NCBI GenBank assembly: GCA_963776755.1 | Contig: CAVZNW010000002.1 | Span: forward strand, 163,741 to 227,740 | Reading direction: 5' to 3' | Length of the DNA: 64,000 nt | Source of the DNA: an uncultured Acidobacteriota bacterium | GTDB taxonomy: Bacteria > Acidobacteriota > Thermoanaerobaculia > UBA5066 > Gp7-AA6 | Shown here: positions 57,615 through 64,000 of the stretch, piece after piece | Layout of the letters: every line of letters starts with the position of its first letter | How positions within the stretch are numbered: position 1 is the first letter of the stretch | Notes under the pieces: model-generated | Told to the model about the DNA's origin: nothing | Seen by the model: only the letters and a program-made list of their open reading frames with translations | Database searches by the model: none | Translations under genes and position numbers: made by a program

Positions 57615-58874
57615 CTACTTCAAACGTACGCGGTCGTGAGCGTCCCATGCGCTCATGTCCGAAAGAATCACCTTGTCGCCCGGCTTGAGACCCTCGAGGA
57701 TCTCGACCGTGTTGACCGAGCTCTTGCCGAGCTTGACCTTGACCCGCACGGCCTCGTCGCCGTCCTCCTCGAGCCGGAAGAGCCCGACCAGGCTCTTCTC
57801 CTGGCCGAACGCCGGCCGGCCGACGTAGAGGACGTCCTTCAGGCGGTCGAGCTCGATCGTCCCGTCGACCGAGAGGTCCGGGCGCGCGCCCTGGGGCAGC
57901 TCGCCCTCGAGCGCGACGTCGACCGTGACCGTCCCGTTCTGCGAGGACGGGTCGACGCGCGAGACCTTGCCGGGGACGATCCCGTTGCGCGTGTCGATCG
58001 AGGCCGGCTGGCCGATCGCGATGTCCTTGGCCTGGGTCTCGGCGATCTTCAGCTGCGCCTTGAGCTTGTTGGGCTGCACCACCTTGGCGAGCATCGTTCC
58101 CGGCGTGACGCGCTGGCCGACCTGGATCGGGATCTCCTGCAGGACGCCCGGAATCCCGGCGCGGACGTTGAGGGCGTCCATCTGCGAGCGCCGGAGGTCC
58201 GCCTGGACCTTGAGCTGCTGGAGGTGCGCCTGGGCCGCCTCGATCTGCGCCTTCGCGGAGTCTTCCGCGATCGCCATGCGTTCCTTTTCGAGGGCGTTGC
58301 GCGTCTTGAGCTCGTCGGCGCGCACCTGCGAGAGCTTGAGCGTCAGGGAGGCGACGATGCCTTCCTTGTAGAGGCCCTCGTTGGTCTGCGACTGGAGCTC
58401 CGCCTGGTGGTAGTCCGACTCCACCGTGGCCGCCGCGGCCTTCTGGTCGAGGGTCTCCCGCATCACCCGGATGCGGGTGTTCGCCATCTCGGCCTGCCCG
58501 GCTTTCAGGGCCTGCTCGGCGTCGAGCGCGTCTCTTTGAAGTTCGGGGTTGGACATCTCGAGGATCACCGTATCCGGCTGCACGACGGCGCCGGGCTCGA
58601 GAAGGAGACGCTCGACGCGGCCGTCGGTTGCGGAGGAAAGCACGCGGATCCCGGAGGACTCGACGACGAGCGATCCCGGACCCCGCACCTGGCGCAGCAT
58701 CGGCCCGCGCTTGACCGTGTCCATCCAGACGGTCGACTTCTCGACCGTCGGCGCGGCCGGCTTCAGTTTCGAAAGTCCCAGGGTGATCAGCAGGATCGCC
58801 GCGGCCCCGGCGGCCGCCATCACGATCCGCTTCTTGCGCTTCTTCTCGGAGATGTCCTCGCGGATGATGTCCAC
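57615..58874 (-). CDS. Periplasmic adaptor / membrane-fusion protein (HlyD/MacA-like)
   Basis: 419 aa. N-terminal KKRKKR followed by TM segment AAAGAAAILLITLGL. A long coiled-coil segment, then beta-barrel/lipoyl-like motifs (...VRAGIPGVLQEIPIQVGQRVTPGTMLAKVV...GKVSRVDPSSQNGTVTVDV...). GTG start at 58874; the internal ATG at 58820 is an alternative. Confidence 0.85.
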   Translation of the reverse strand: MDIIREDISEKKRKKRIVMAAAGAAAILLITLGLSKLKPAAPTVEKSTVWMDTVKRGPMLRQVRGPGSLVVESSGIRVLSSATDGRVERLLLEPGAVVQPDTVILEMSNPELQRDALDAEQALKAGQAEMANTRIRVMRETLDQKAAAATVESDYHQAELQSQTNEGLYKEGIVASLTLKLSQVRADELKTRNALEKERMAIAEDSAKAQIEAAQAHLQQLKVQADLRRSQMDALNVRAGIPGVLQEIPIQVGQRVTPGTMLAKVVQPNKLKAQLKIAETQAKDIAIGQPASIDTRNGIVPGKVSRVDPSSQNGTVTVDVALEGELPQGARPDLSVDGTIELDRLKDVLYVGRPAFGQEKSLVGLFRLEEDGDEAVRVKVKLGKSSVNTVEILEGLKPGDKVILSDMSAWDAHDRVRLK

Positions 58875-58888
58875 GGCCCCGTGCAGAG

Positions 58889-58904
58889 GCGAGAAGCGTG
58901 CCAG
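58889..58904 (-). promoter_or_regulatory. Candidate sigma-54 (-24/-12) promoter upstream of the MFP gene
   Basis: The minus strand reads 5'-CTGGCACGCTTCTCGC-3', i.e. TGGCACG-N4-TCGC against the consensus TGGCACG-N4-TTGC, with correct GG-N10-GC spacing. Caveat: the -12 GC is only 15 nt from GTG 58874, so either the mRNA is nearly leaderless or the real start is ATG 58820. Confidence 0.3.
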
Positions 58905-59049
58905 GGCCGCGAGGGCTCAACTCGTTGAAAACACGCGCGGATGGCACCACCGGTCCCGGCCCGGCTGCTCGTCCGCGGGACCCGACTGTCCGATTCCGGA
59001 CGGTGGGGTATTCTGGCCGGGCATCCCAGTTCGGACAGGGGGAGCCGTC

Positions 59050-60381
59050 GTGCGACGCCCGTGGTGGCCGTGGGTCCTATTTCTGCTCGCCGCCTGCGCG
59101 GTCGGCGTCTACCTGCGTTTGTGGGTCGGCGCGCCGTTCGTTCGAACCGATTCACCGAGCTACATGGCCGTCGCCCGGCAGCTGGCGAACGGCGGATTGC
59201 GCGGGCCGCAGTTCCGCACGCCGGGATACCCGATCCTGCTCGCCGCCACCGGTGCCGTCCTGCAAGGGACCCCGGCGCTCTTTCTCGCGCAGCTCCTTCT
59301 CCAGATCGGTGCGGTGTTCCTGATGTGCGCGGCCCTGCGCCGCGCGGGCGCCTCGCAGGGGCTCACACTCGCGGCCGGCCTGACGGGGCTTCTTCCGCCG
59401 TTTGTCCAGTCCTCGGCCTCCGTCCTCACGGAAAGTCTGACGCAGTTCTGTCTCGTCCTCGCGGTTGTCTGCCTCCAGCGATTCCTCGACGGCGGAGGCC
59501 GCGCGTGGCTCTTCGCGGCGTCGGCGGCCTTCGGCTACGCGGCCCTGACGCGCCCGACGTTCCAGATCGCGGCTGTCGCCGTCGCCGTGCTCCTCATGCT
59601 GCTGACGCGGCGCGGCCCACGTCCGGGCTTCCGGCTGCCCGAGGCGGTGTGGCTGGTCGCGGGGACGTTGATCCTGGCCGGCGGGTACGCCTTCTACAGT
59701 CAGGCCCGATTCGGCGGGTCCCGGTCGACGCTGGGCTTCAATCTCGCCAACCGGTGCCCGGAGCTCTACGAGGCCATTCCCGATCCCGTCACGCGGCGGA
59801 TCCTCGTCGAGGCGCGCAACGAGGCCTACGTGAGCGGGCGATCCGTGGACTGGGCCCACTTCACGGCGCAGGACCGGCTGAAGGCCGAGCTCGGGATCTC
59901 GCAGGAGCAGCTGGAGCCGTGGTACCGGCAGCAGTTTTCCCGCGCGATCCTCTCGCACCCGGTCGAATACGCGGAGATCGTCGCCGGGTCTTTCGCGCGA
60001 TTCTGGTTTCCGGCCACGGGATCGCTCCCGCTGCTCGCCGAACGGCCGCTGAAGTTTCTCTGGTACGGCGTCCACTTCGTGCTGATCGCCGCCCTGGCTC
60101 TCCAGGCGGCGCTCTTCGGCGGCTGGGTGCTCGCCGGCGCGGCCCTCCCGAGGGACGCGAGGACGGACGGCGCCTGGACGGTCTGGGGAATCTGCGCGAC
60201 GCTCATCCTGGCCAATGCCGCGGTCTCCTGTCTCCTGGAGACGGGCGAGACGCGCTATCGGACGTCGACCGAGCTGCTGCTGGTGCTGGCCGCTGCGGCC
60301 GGCGTCATCGCCGTGCGCGGACTTCGCAACACCTTCCAGGCGGCGGCTCGCAAGCTCGAGACCCGGCCGGGCTCGGCATGA
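59050..60381 (+). CDS. Polytopic membrane protein, GT-C (ArnT/PMT_2)-like putative glycosyltransferase
   Basis: GTG 59050 with a GGGGGAG ribosome-binding site. About 443 aa with many hydrophobic helices. The N-terminal loop ...FVRTDSPSYMAVARQLANGG... resembles the acidic first-loop motif of GT-C enzymes. Assignment is tentative. Confidence 0.45.
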   Translation: MRRPWWPWVLFLLAACAVGVYLRLWVGAPFVRTDSPSYMAVARQLANGGLRGPQFRTPGYPILLAATGAVLQGTPALFLAQLLLQIGAVFLMCAALRRAGASQGLTLAAGLTGLLPPFVQSSASVLTESLTQFCLVLAVVCLQRFLDGGGRAWLFAASAAFGYAALTRPTFQIAAVAVAVLLMLLTRRGPRPGFRLPEAVWLVAGTLILAGGYAFYSQARFGGSRSTLGFNLANRCPELYEAIPDPVTRRILVEARNEAYVSGRSVDWAHFTAQDRLKAELGISQEQLEPWYRQQFSRAILSHPVEYAEIVAGSFARFWFPATGSLPLLAERPLKFLWYGVHFVLIAALALQAALFGGWVLAGAALPRDARTDGAWTVWGICATLILANAAVSCLLETGETRYRTSTELLLVLAAAAGVIAVRGLRNTFQAAARKLETRPGSA

Positions 60382-61430
60382 CCGCGCCGGGCGCCCGGGT
60401 CCTCATCACGGGCGGCGCAGGATTTCTCGGAATCAACCTGTCCCGCTTTCTGCACGGCCGGGGGTATGCCGTGCGCAGCCTGGATCTTGCCGAGTTCGAC
60501 TATGCCGACATGCGCCCGTTCGTCGACGCCATCCGGGGGGACGTGCGGGATCCGGAGGCCGTCGAGCGAGCCGTCGATGGAACCGACTTCGTGGTGCATG
60601 CGGCCGCGGCCCTTCCGCTCTATTCGGCGGAGGACATCTTCTCGACGGACGTCGAGGGCACGCGGACGGTGCTGGCGGCGGCGGCGCGGCACCAGGTCCG
60701 GCGCTTCGTCCACATCTCGTCGACGGCGGTCTACGGCATCGCGAATCCCCCGCCGATCCGCGAGAGCGACCGGCTCGAGGGGGTGGGGCCCTACGGCGAG
60801 GCCAAGATCCAGGCCGAGGCGCGATGCCTGGAGGGGCGCGAGGGCGGCATGATCGTGTCGATCCTCCGGCCGGCCACGTTCGTCGGCCCGGAGCGCCTTG
60901 GCGTCTTCGACATCCTCTTCGACTGGGCGCTCGATCGCCGGCACTTTCCCATGCTCGGCAGCGGCGAAAACCGGGTCCAAATGCTCCACGTGGCCGACCT
61001 GTGCCGGACGATCGAGCGGTGCCTGACCCTGCCCGCGGACTCCGTCAACGACACGTTCAACGTCGGCGCGAAAGACTTCGGCACGATGAAGTCCGACTAC
61101 CAGGCGGTCCTCGACGAAGCCGGATTCGGCAGGCGGATCGTGCCGCTGCCGGCCGCCCCGGCGGTGGCGGCGCTGCGGATCCTCGACCGAATGGGGCTGT
61201 CCCCCATCTACCGATGGGTCTACGAAACGGCGGTGCGCGACCGCGTCTTCTCGATCGACAAGGCGGAGCGGAACCTCCGGTTCGTGCCGGAGCACAGCAA
61301 TCGCGACGCCCTCGTCGCCAACTTCCGGTGGTATCGGGAGATGAAACCGCAGTTTGCCGCGAAGTCCGGCGTGTCGCACCGCGTACCATGGAAGCAGGGT
61401 GCGATCGGGCTCGTCAAGCACCTGTTTTGA
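60378..61430 (+). CDS. NAD-dependent epimerase/dehydratase (extended SDR)
   Basis: The ATG overlaps the upstream stop (ATGA). Rossmann motif VLITGGAGFLG and catalytic YGEAK. 350 aa. Confidence 0.85.
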   Translation: MTAPGARVLITGGAGFLGINLSRFLHGRGYAVRSLDLAEFDYADMRPFVDAIRGDVRDPEAVERAVDGTDFVVHAAAALPLYSAEDIFSTDVEGTRTVLAAAARHQVRRFVHISSTAVYGIANPPPIRESDRLEGVGPYGEAKIQAEARCLEGREGGMIVSILRPATFVGPERLGVFDILFDWALDRRHFPMLGSGENRVQMLHVADLCRTIERCLTLPADSVNDTFNVGAKDFGTMKSDYQAVLDEAGFGRRIVPLPAAPAVAALRILDRMGLSPIYRWVYETAVRDRVFSIDKAERNLRFVPEHSNRDALVANFRWYREMKPQFAAKSGVSHRVPWKQGAIGLVKHLF

Positions 61431-61435
61431 CGACG

Positions 61436-63154
61436 ATGCGGCGTTCGCCGTCGGGTTCCCGCGCAGGCTTCGCGTTCGCGTTCGTCGCGCTGACGGCGCT
61501 CGGCGCCGCGCGAATCGCGATGACCGTGACGAAGTCCTTCCAGACCCACGACGAGCCCTTTCACGTCGGCTGCGGCGCCCTCTGGTTTGCGGGGGAGTAT
61601 CCATACGCGTGCCTCGACCAGCCGCCGCTGGCGCGGATCGCCTCGGCCCTGCCGCTCGTTCTGGCCGGCGTGTCGGCGCCCCACTTCTCCCCGCGCGCCT
61701 ACCTCGAGGGCAGCGCCCTGCTGCGCGCGGGCGGTGCATACGAGCGCAACCTCGCGCTGGCCCGTCTGGGAATTCTTCCGTTCTTCGTGTTGGCCTCCGT
61801 CGTGGTCTGGATCTGGACGCGGCGGCTCTACGGCGACGGCCCCGCTCTGGCGGCGGTGTTCCTCTTCCAGGGCCTTCCGTCGGTTCTGACCTTCTCGGGG
61901 ATCGTGATGACCGACATGGCTCTGGCGGCGACGCTGGTGGCGGCGCTGTACCTCTTCGTCCGGTGGCTGGAGGAGCCCGCCTGGAAGACGACCGCGCTCT
62001 GGGGAGCCGCCGTCGGAGGCGCGATCCTCTCGAAACACTCGGCGATCCCGTTTCTGGTGGTCGGTTCGGTTCCGATCCTCGTGGCTCGGGCCATCGAGCA
62101 GTGGCGGATTCCGGATCGCCCGCGCCACGCGCTGCGCCGTGTCGGCCAGGCGGCCGTGGCCGCCGCGGTGGCCGCCGCGATCGTTTTCGCCGGCTATCGT
62201 TTCCACCGCACGCCGCTGGCCCAGCCGGAGGACCGTCCCCATCGGATCGGTCGCCTCGTGGGGGTCGAGCGCTGGCCGGTTCCGGCGCTGCGGGAGGCGT
62301 TCCTGCGAATCGTCGAGCTCCCGGTGCCGGCCGGCGATCTCCTCCACGGGATCGCGATCGTGAAGAACCACGACGCCGAAGGGCACACGGTCTTCTTCCG
62401 CGGAGCCGTCCGAACCCATGGGAGCCGGGACTTCTTTCCCACCCTGTTCGCCGTCAAGACGCCGATCCCGTTTCTCCTGCTCCTGGCGGGCGGCTGTGGC
62501 CTCGCCCTCCGCTGGCGCCGTTCCGGGCCGCCTCCGGTCTGGCCGAGGCTCGCTCCCGTTCTCGCCGCGCTCGGGATCTTTCTCTTTGCGATGACCTCCA
62601 GGATCAACCTCGGCCTGCGCCACGTGCTCCCCGTGTTCCCGCTGCTGGCGATCGAGGCCGGGCTCGGCCTGGCGGCTCTGGCGACCGCGCGCCGGTGGAG
62701 GCCGGCCGGGGGAGTCGTCGCCGGCGCGCTCGCCCTCTGGTTTGCCGTCGCGGGGTGGAGGGCCCACCCGGACTACCTTTCGTACTTCAACGAGCTCGTC
62801 ACCGACCCGACCGAGATCGTCGTGGATTCGGATTTCGAGCTCGGCCAGGACATCAAGCCGCTGCTCGCCGAGGCCGCGCGTCGTGGAGCCGTGGAGCTCC
62901 ACTACTGGTGCCGCGACTGCCTCTTCCTGGGCATCCCGGGGCTGCCGCCGCTTCCGGACAGTCCGGCTTCGCTCTCCGAGCTCGTTCCGTACGAGCCCGT
63001 GACGGGATGGGTGGGCGTGAGCGAGTCGACCTTTCGCCTCGACGACGTGGTGCTGCGGCGGCCCGGACGCGCGGATGGACCGTTCGACTGGCTTGCGGGG
63101 CGGCCGTTCACCCGGATCGGCCGGACGATGCGTCTCTACCGGATCGAACCTTAA
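61436..63154 (+). CDS. Glycosyltransferase family 39 / ArnT-like GT-C membrane glycosyltransferase
   Basis: 572 aa. First periplasmic loop ...QTHDEPFHVGCG...LDQPPLARI... (DE-type GT-C motif), multiple TM helices, soluble C-terminal domain. Stop TAA at 63152-63154. Confidence 0.6.
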   Translation: MRRSPSGSRAGFAFAFVALTALGAARIAMTVTKSFQTHDEPFHVGCGALWFAGEYPYACLDQPPLARIASALPLVLAGVSAPHFSPRAYLEGSALLRAGGAYERNLALARLGILPFFVLASVVVWIWTRRLYGDGPALAAVFLFQGLPSVLTFSGIVMTDMALAATLVAALYLFVRWLEEPAWKTTALWGAAVGGAILSKHSAIPFLVVGSVPILVARAIEQWRIPDRPRHALRRVGQAAVAAAVAAAIVFAGYRFHRTPLAQPEDRPHRIGRLVGVERWPVPALREAFLRIVELPVPAGDLLHGIAIVKNHDAEGHTVFFRGAVRTHGSRDFFPTLFAVKTPIPFLLLLAGGCGLALRWRRSGPPPVWPRLAPVLAALGIFLFAMTSRINLGLRHVLPVFPLLAIEAGLGLAALATARRWRPAGGVVAGALALWFAVAGWRAHPDYLSYFNELVTDPTEIVVDSDFELGQDIKPLLAEAARRGAVELHYWCRDCLFLGIPGLPPLPDSPASLSELVPYEPVTGWVGVSESTFRLDDVVLRRPGRADGPFDWLAGRPFTRIGRTMRLYRIEP

Positions 63155-63188
63155 TAAATTAGGTAAAAGCTGACAAATTCCTAATTTA
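63155..63188. repeat. AT-rich perfect 9-bp inverted repeat (TAAATTAGG-N16-CCTAATTTA) filling the gap between convergent genes. Possible bidirectional terminator or protein-binding site.
   Basis: Read directly: TAAATTAGG at 63155-63163 and CCTAATTTA at 63180-63188, with loop TAAAAGCTGACAAATT. It is flanked by TAA stops of both convergent genes (63152-63154 on the plus strand, 63190-63192 on the minus strand). This is the only strongly AT-rich stretch I noticed in the window. Confidence 0.5.
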
Positions 63189-63189
63189 G

Positions 63190-64000
63190 TTAGGGGTTCT
63201 GCAGCCTGGATGCCTTCAGCGTGTTTTCCAGGAGCATGGCCACGGTGAGCGGGCCGACGCCTCCCGGGACGGGCGTGAGCCATCCGGCGACCCGGGAGAC
63301 CTCGTCGAAATCGACGTCGCCGACCAGAGCCCGGCCCCTGGCTTCGAGCGCGAGGCGGATCCGCTCGGATCGGCGCAGGCCCTCGCCGAGGCCGTCGAGA
63401 GACTCGATGCGGTTGATGCCGACGTCGATGACGGTGGCGCCCTCGCGGACGAAGTCTCTGGTGACGAATCCGGGCCGACCGATCGCGGCCACGAGGATGT
63501 CCGCCTCGCGGCAGACCGCCGGCAGGTTCCGCGTCTTCGAATGGCAGAGCGTGACCGTGGCGTCCCGCGCGGTCAGCAGGGCCGCCATCGGTTTCCCGAC
63601 GATGTCGCTCCTTCCGAGGACGACGGCGCGGCGGCCGCCGACCGGGATGTCGTATGCGGCGAGGAGCTCGAGGATCCCGGCGGGAGTGCAGGGAACGAAC
63701 CGGGGCCGGCCCTGGTGGAGCAGGCCGACGTTCTCCGGATGGAAGCCGTCCACGTCCTTCAGCGGAGCGAGAGAGTCGAGCACCGCCGCCGGCTCGTGCC
63801 CCGCGGGCAGAGGGAGCTGGACGAGGATGCCGTGCACCGCCGGATCCGCGTTGGCCCGGGCCACTTCGGCGAGAAGGTCTCTCTGCGTGAGCGTGCCCGG
63901 CAGGCGCAGCGTTTCGGCGTGGATCCCCGCTTCTCCCGCCGCCTTCGTCTTCGATCCGACGTACGAGAGCGAGGCGGGATTTTCGCCGACGAGGAGGACG
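63190..64000 (-). CDS. folD: Bifunctional methylenetetrahydrofolate dehydrogenase/cyclohydrolase. The N-terminus runs off the window.
   Basis: ...VLLVGENPASLSYVGSKTKAA...HGILVQLPLP...DVDGFHP.N.G...F.PCTP.G...GRSDIVGKPMA...TPVPGGVGPLTVAML. The frame stays open to nt 64000. Confidence 0.9.
   Translation of the reverse strand, partial: VLLVGENPASLSYVGSKTKAAGEAGIHAETLRLPGTLTQRDLLAEVARANADPAVHGILVQLPLPAGHEPAAVLDSLAPLKDVDGFHPENVGLLHQGRPRFVPCTPAGILELLAAYDIPVGGRRAVVLGRSDIVGKPMAALLTARDATVTLCHSKTRNLPAVCREADILVAAIGRPGFVTRDFVREGATVIDVGINRIESLDGLGEGLRRSERIRLALEARGRALVGDVDFDEVSRVAGWLTPVPGGVGPLTVAMLLENTLKASRLQNP

Larger units (their letters stand above)
29181..58874 (-). other. Operon-like block: MFP - ATPase - 7 ADOP permeases - ATPase - 4 ADOP permeases, 14 genes with junctions from a 4-nt overlap to a 15-nt gap
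   Basis: All genes lie on the same strand. Junctions are ATGA/TGATG overlaps or 5-15 nt gaps containing GGAG-type ribosome-binding sites. I saw no internal terminator-like hairpin or intergenic region longer than 15 nt. Confidence 0.7.

Noticed and set aside
58942-58957. TGGCAC on the plus strand facing the GT-C cluster, as a possible second sigma-54 promoter
   Set aside because: The GG-N10 position is followed by CC (TGGCACCACCGGTCC), so it has neither the GC dinucleotide nor a TTGC-like -12 element.
58914-59024. 36-codon minus-strand ORF (MPGQNTPPSGIGQSGPADEQPGRDRWCHPRVFSTS) upstream of the MFP gene, as a possible exported peptide or leader
   Set aside because: It has no ribosome-binding site and no signal or leader features, its composition is Pro/Gly-rich like non-coding GC-rich DNA, and it overlaps the putative regulatory sites. 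There is no support beyond being open.
1-64000. Genomic island or mobile element signatures (integrase, transposase, tRNA-flanked att sites, compositional shift)
   Set aside because: None was found. There are no integrase or transposase-like ORFs and no tRNA genes, and composition looks uniformly GC-rich except for the 35-nt palindrome at 63155-63188.

Overview
Very GC-rich bacterial chromosomal segment (judged by eye, not computed). I saw no rRNA, tRNA, CRISPR array or mobile-element gene. The gene content (PadR-type regulator plus 'ADOP'-type duplicated FtsX/MacB permeases, an Omp85/TamB pair, an SLH-like exported protein) suggests an Acidobacteriota-like diderm; this is inference only.

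Layout:
(i) 1-7.2 kb, plus strand: TamB-like and Omp85/BamA-like outer-membrane biogenesis pair, then an FmdB zinc-ribbon gene.
(ii) 7.2-14.3 kb, minus strand: SLH-like exported protein, GT-A glycosyltransferase-like gene, MiaE-like hydroxylase (heavily frameshifted), a MoaD/ThiS-like GG protein coupled to a BNR/Asp-box propeller, coaE, and an amidohydrolase.
(iii) 14.4-21.2 kb, plus strand: PadR - ADOP permease - secreted DJ-1/PfpI operon, followed by an IorA/IorB-type molybdo-oxidoreductase whose large subunit is frameshifted.
(iv) 21.2-29.2 kb, minus strand: regulators (propeller/Y_Y_Y LytS-type kinase, AraC, NtrB/NtrC-type sigma-54 pair), an ACT protein and msrB.
(v) 29.2-58.9 kb, minus strand: the dominant feature. 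One tightly packed operon-like block reads membrane-fusion protein - ABC ATPase - 7 ADOP permeases - second ABC ATPase - 4 ADOP permeases. That is 11 diverged paralogues of about 800 aa over about 28 kb.
(vi) 59.0-64.0 kb: a divergent GT-C membrane protein / epimerase / GT39-like cluster, an AT-rich perfect palindrome, and folD (partial).

About 18 apparent single-nucleotide frame disruptions are visible, 17 of them in the first 28 kb.

Best candidate for something new: the non-orphan, multi-permease ADOP/MacAB-like mega-operon, with a candidate sigma-54 promoter and an NtrBC-type pair at its tail.

All product calls rest on motif recognition in the supplied translations. No searches were run, and frameshift positions are approximate (about +/-10 nt).
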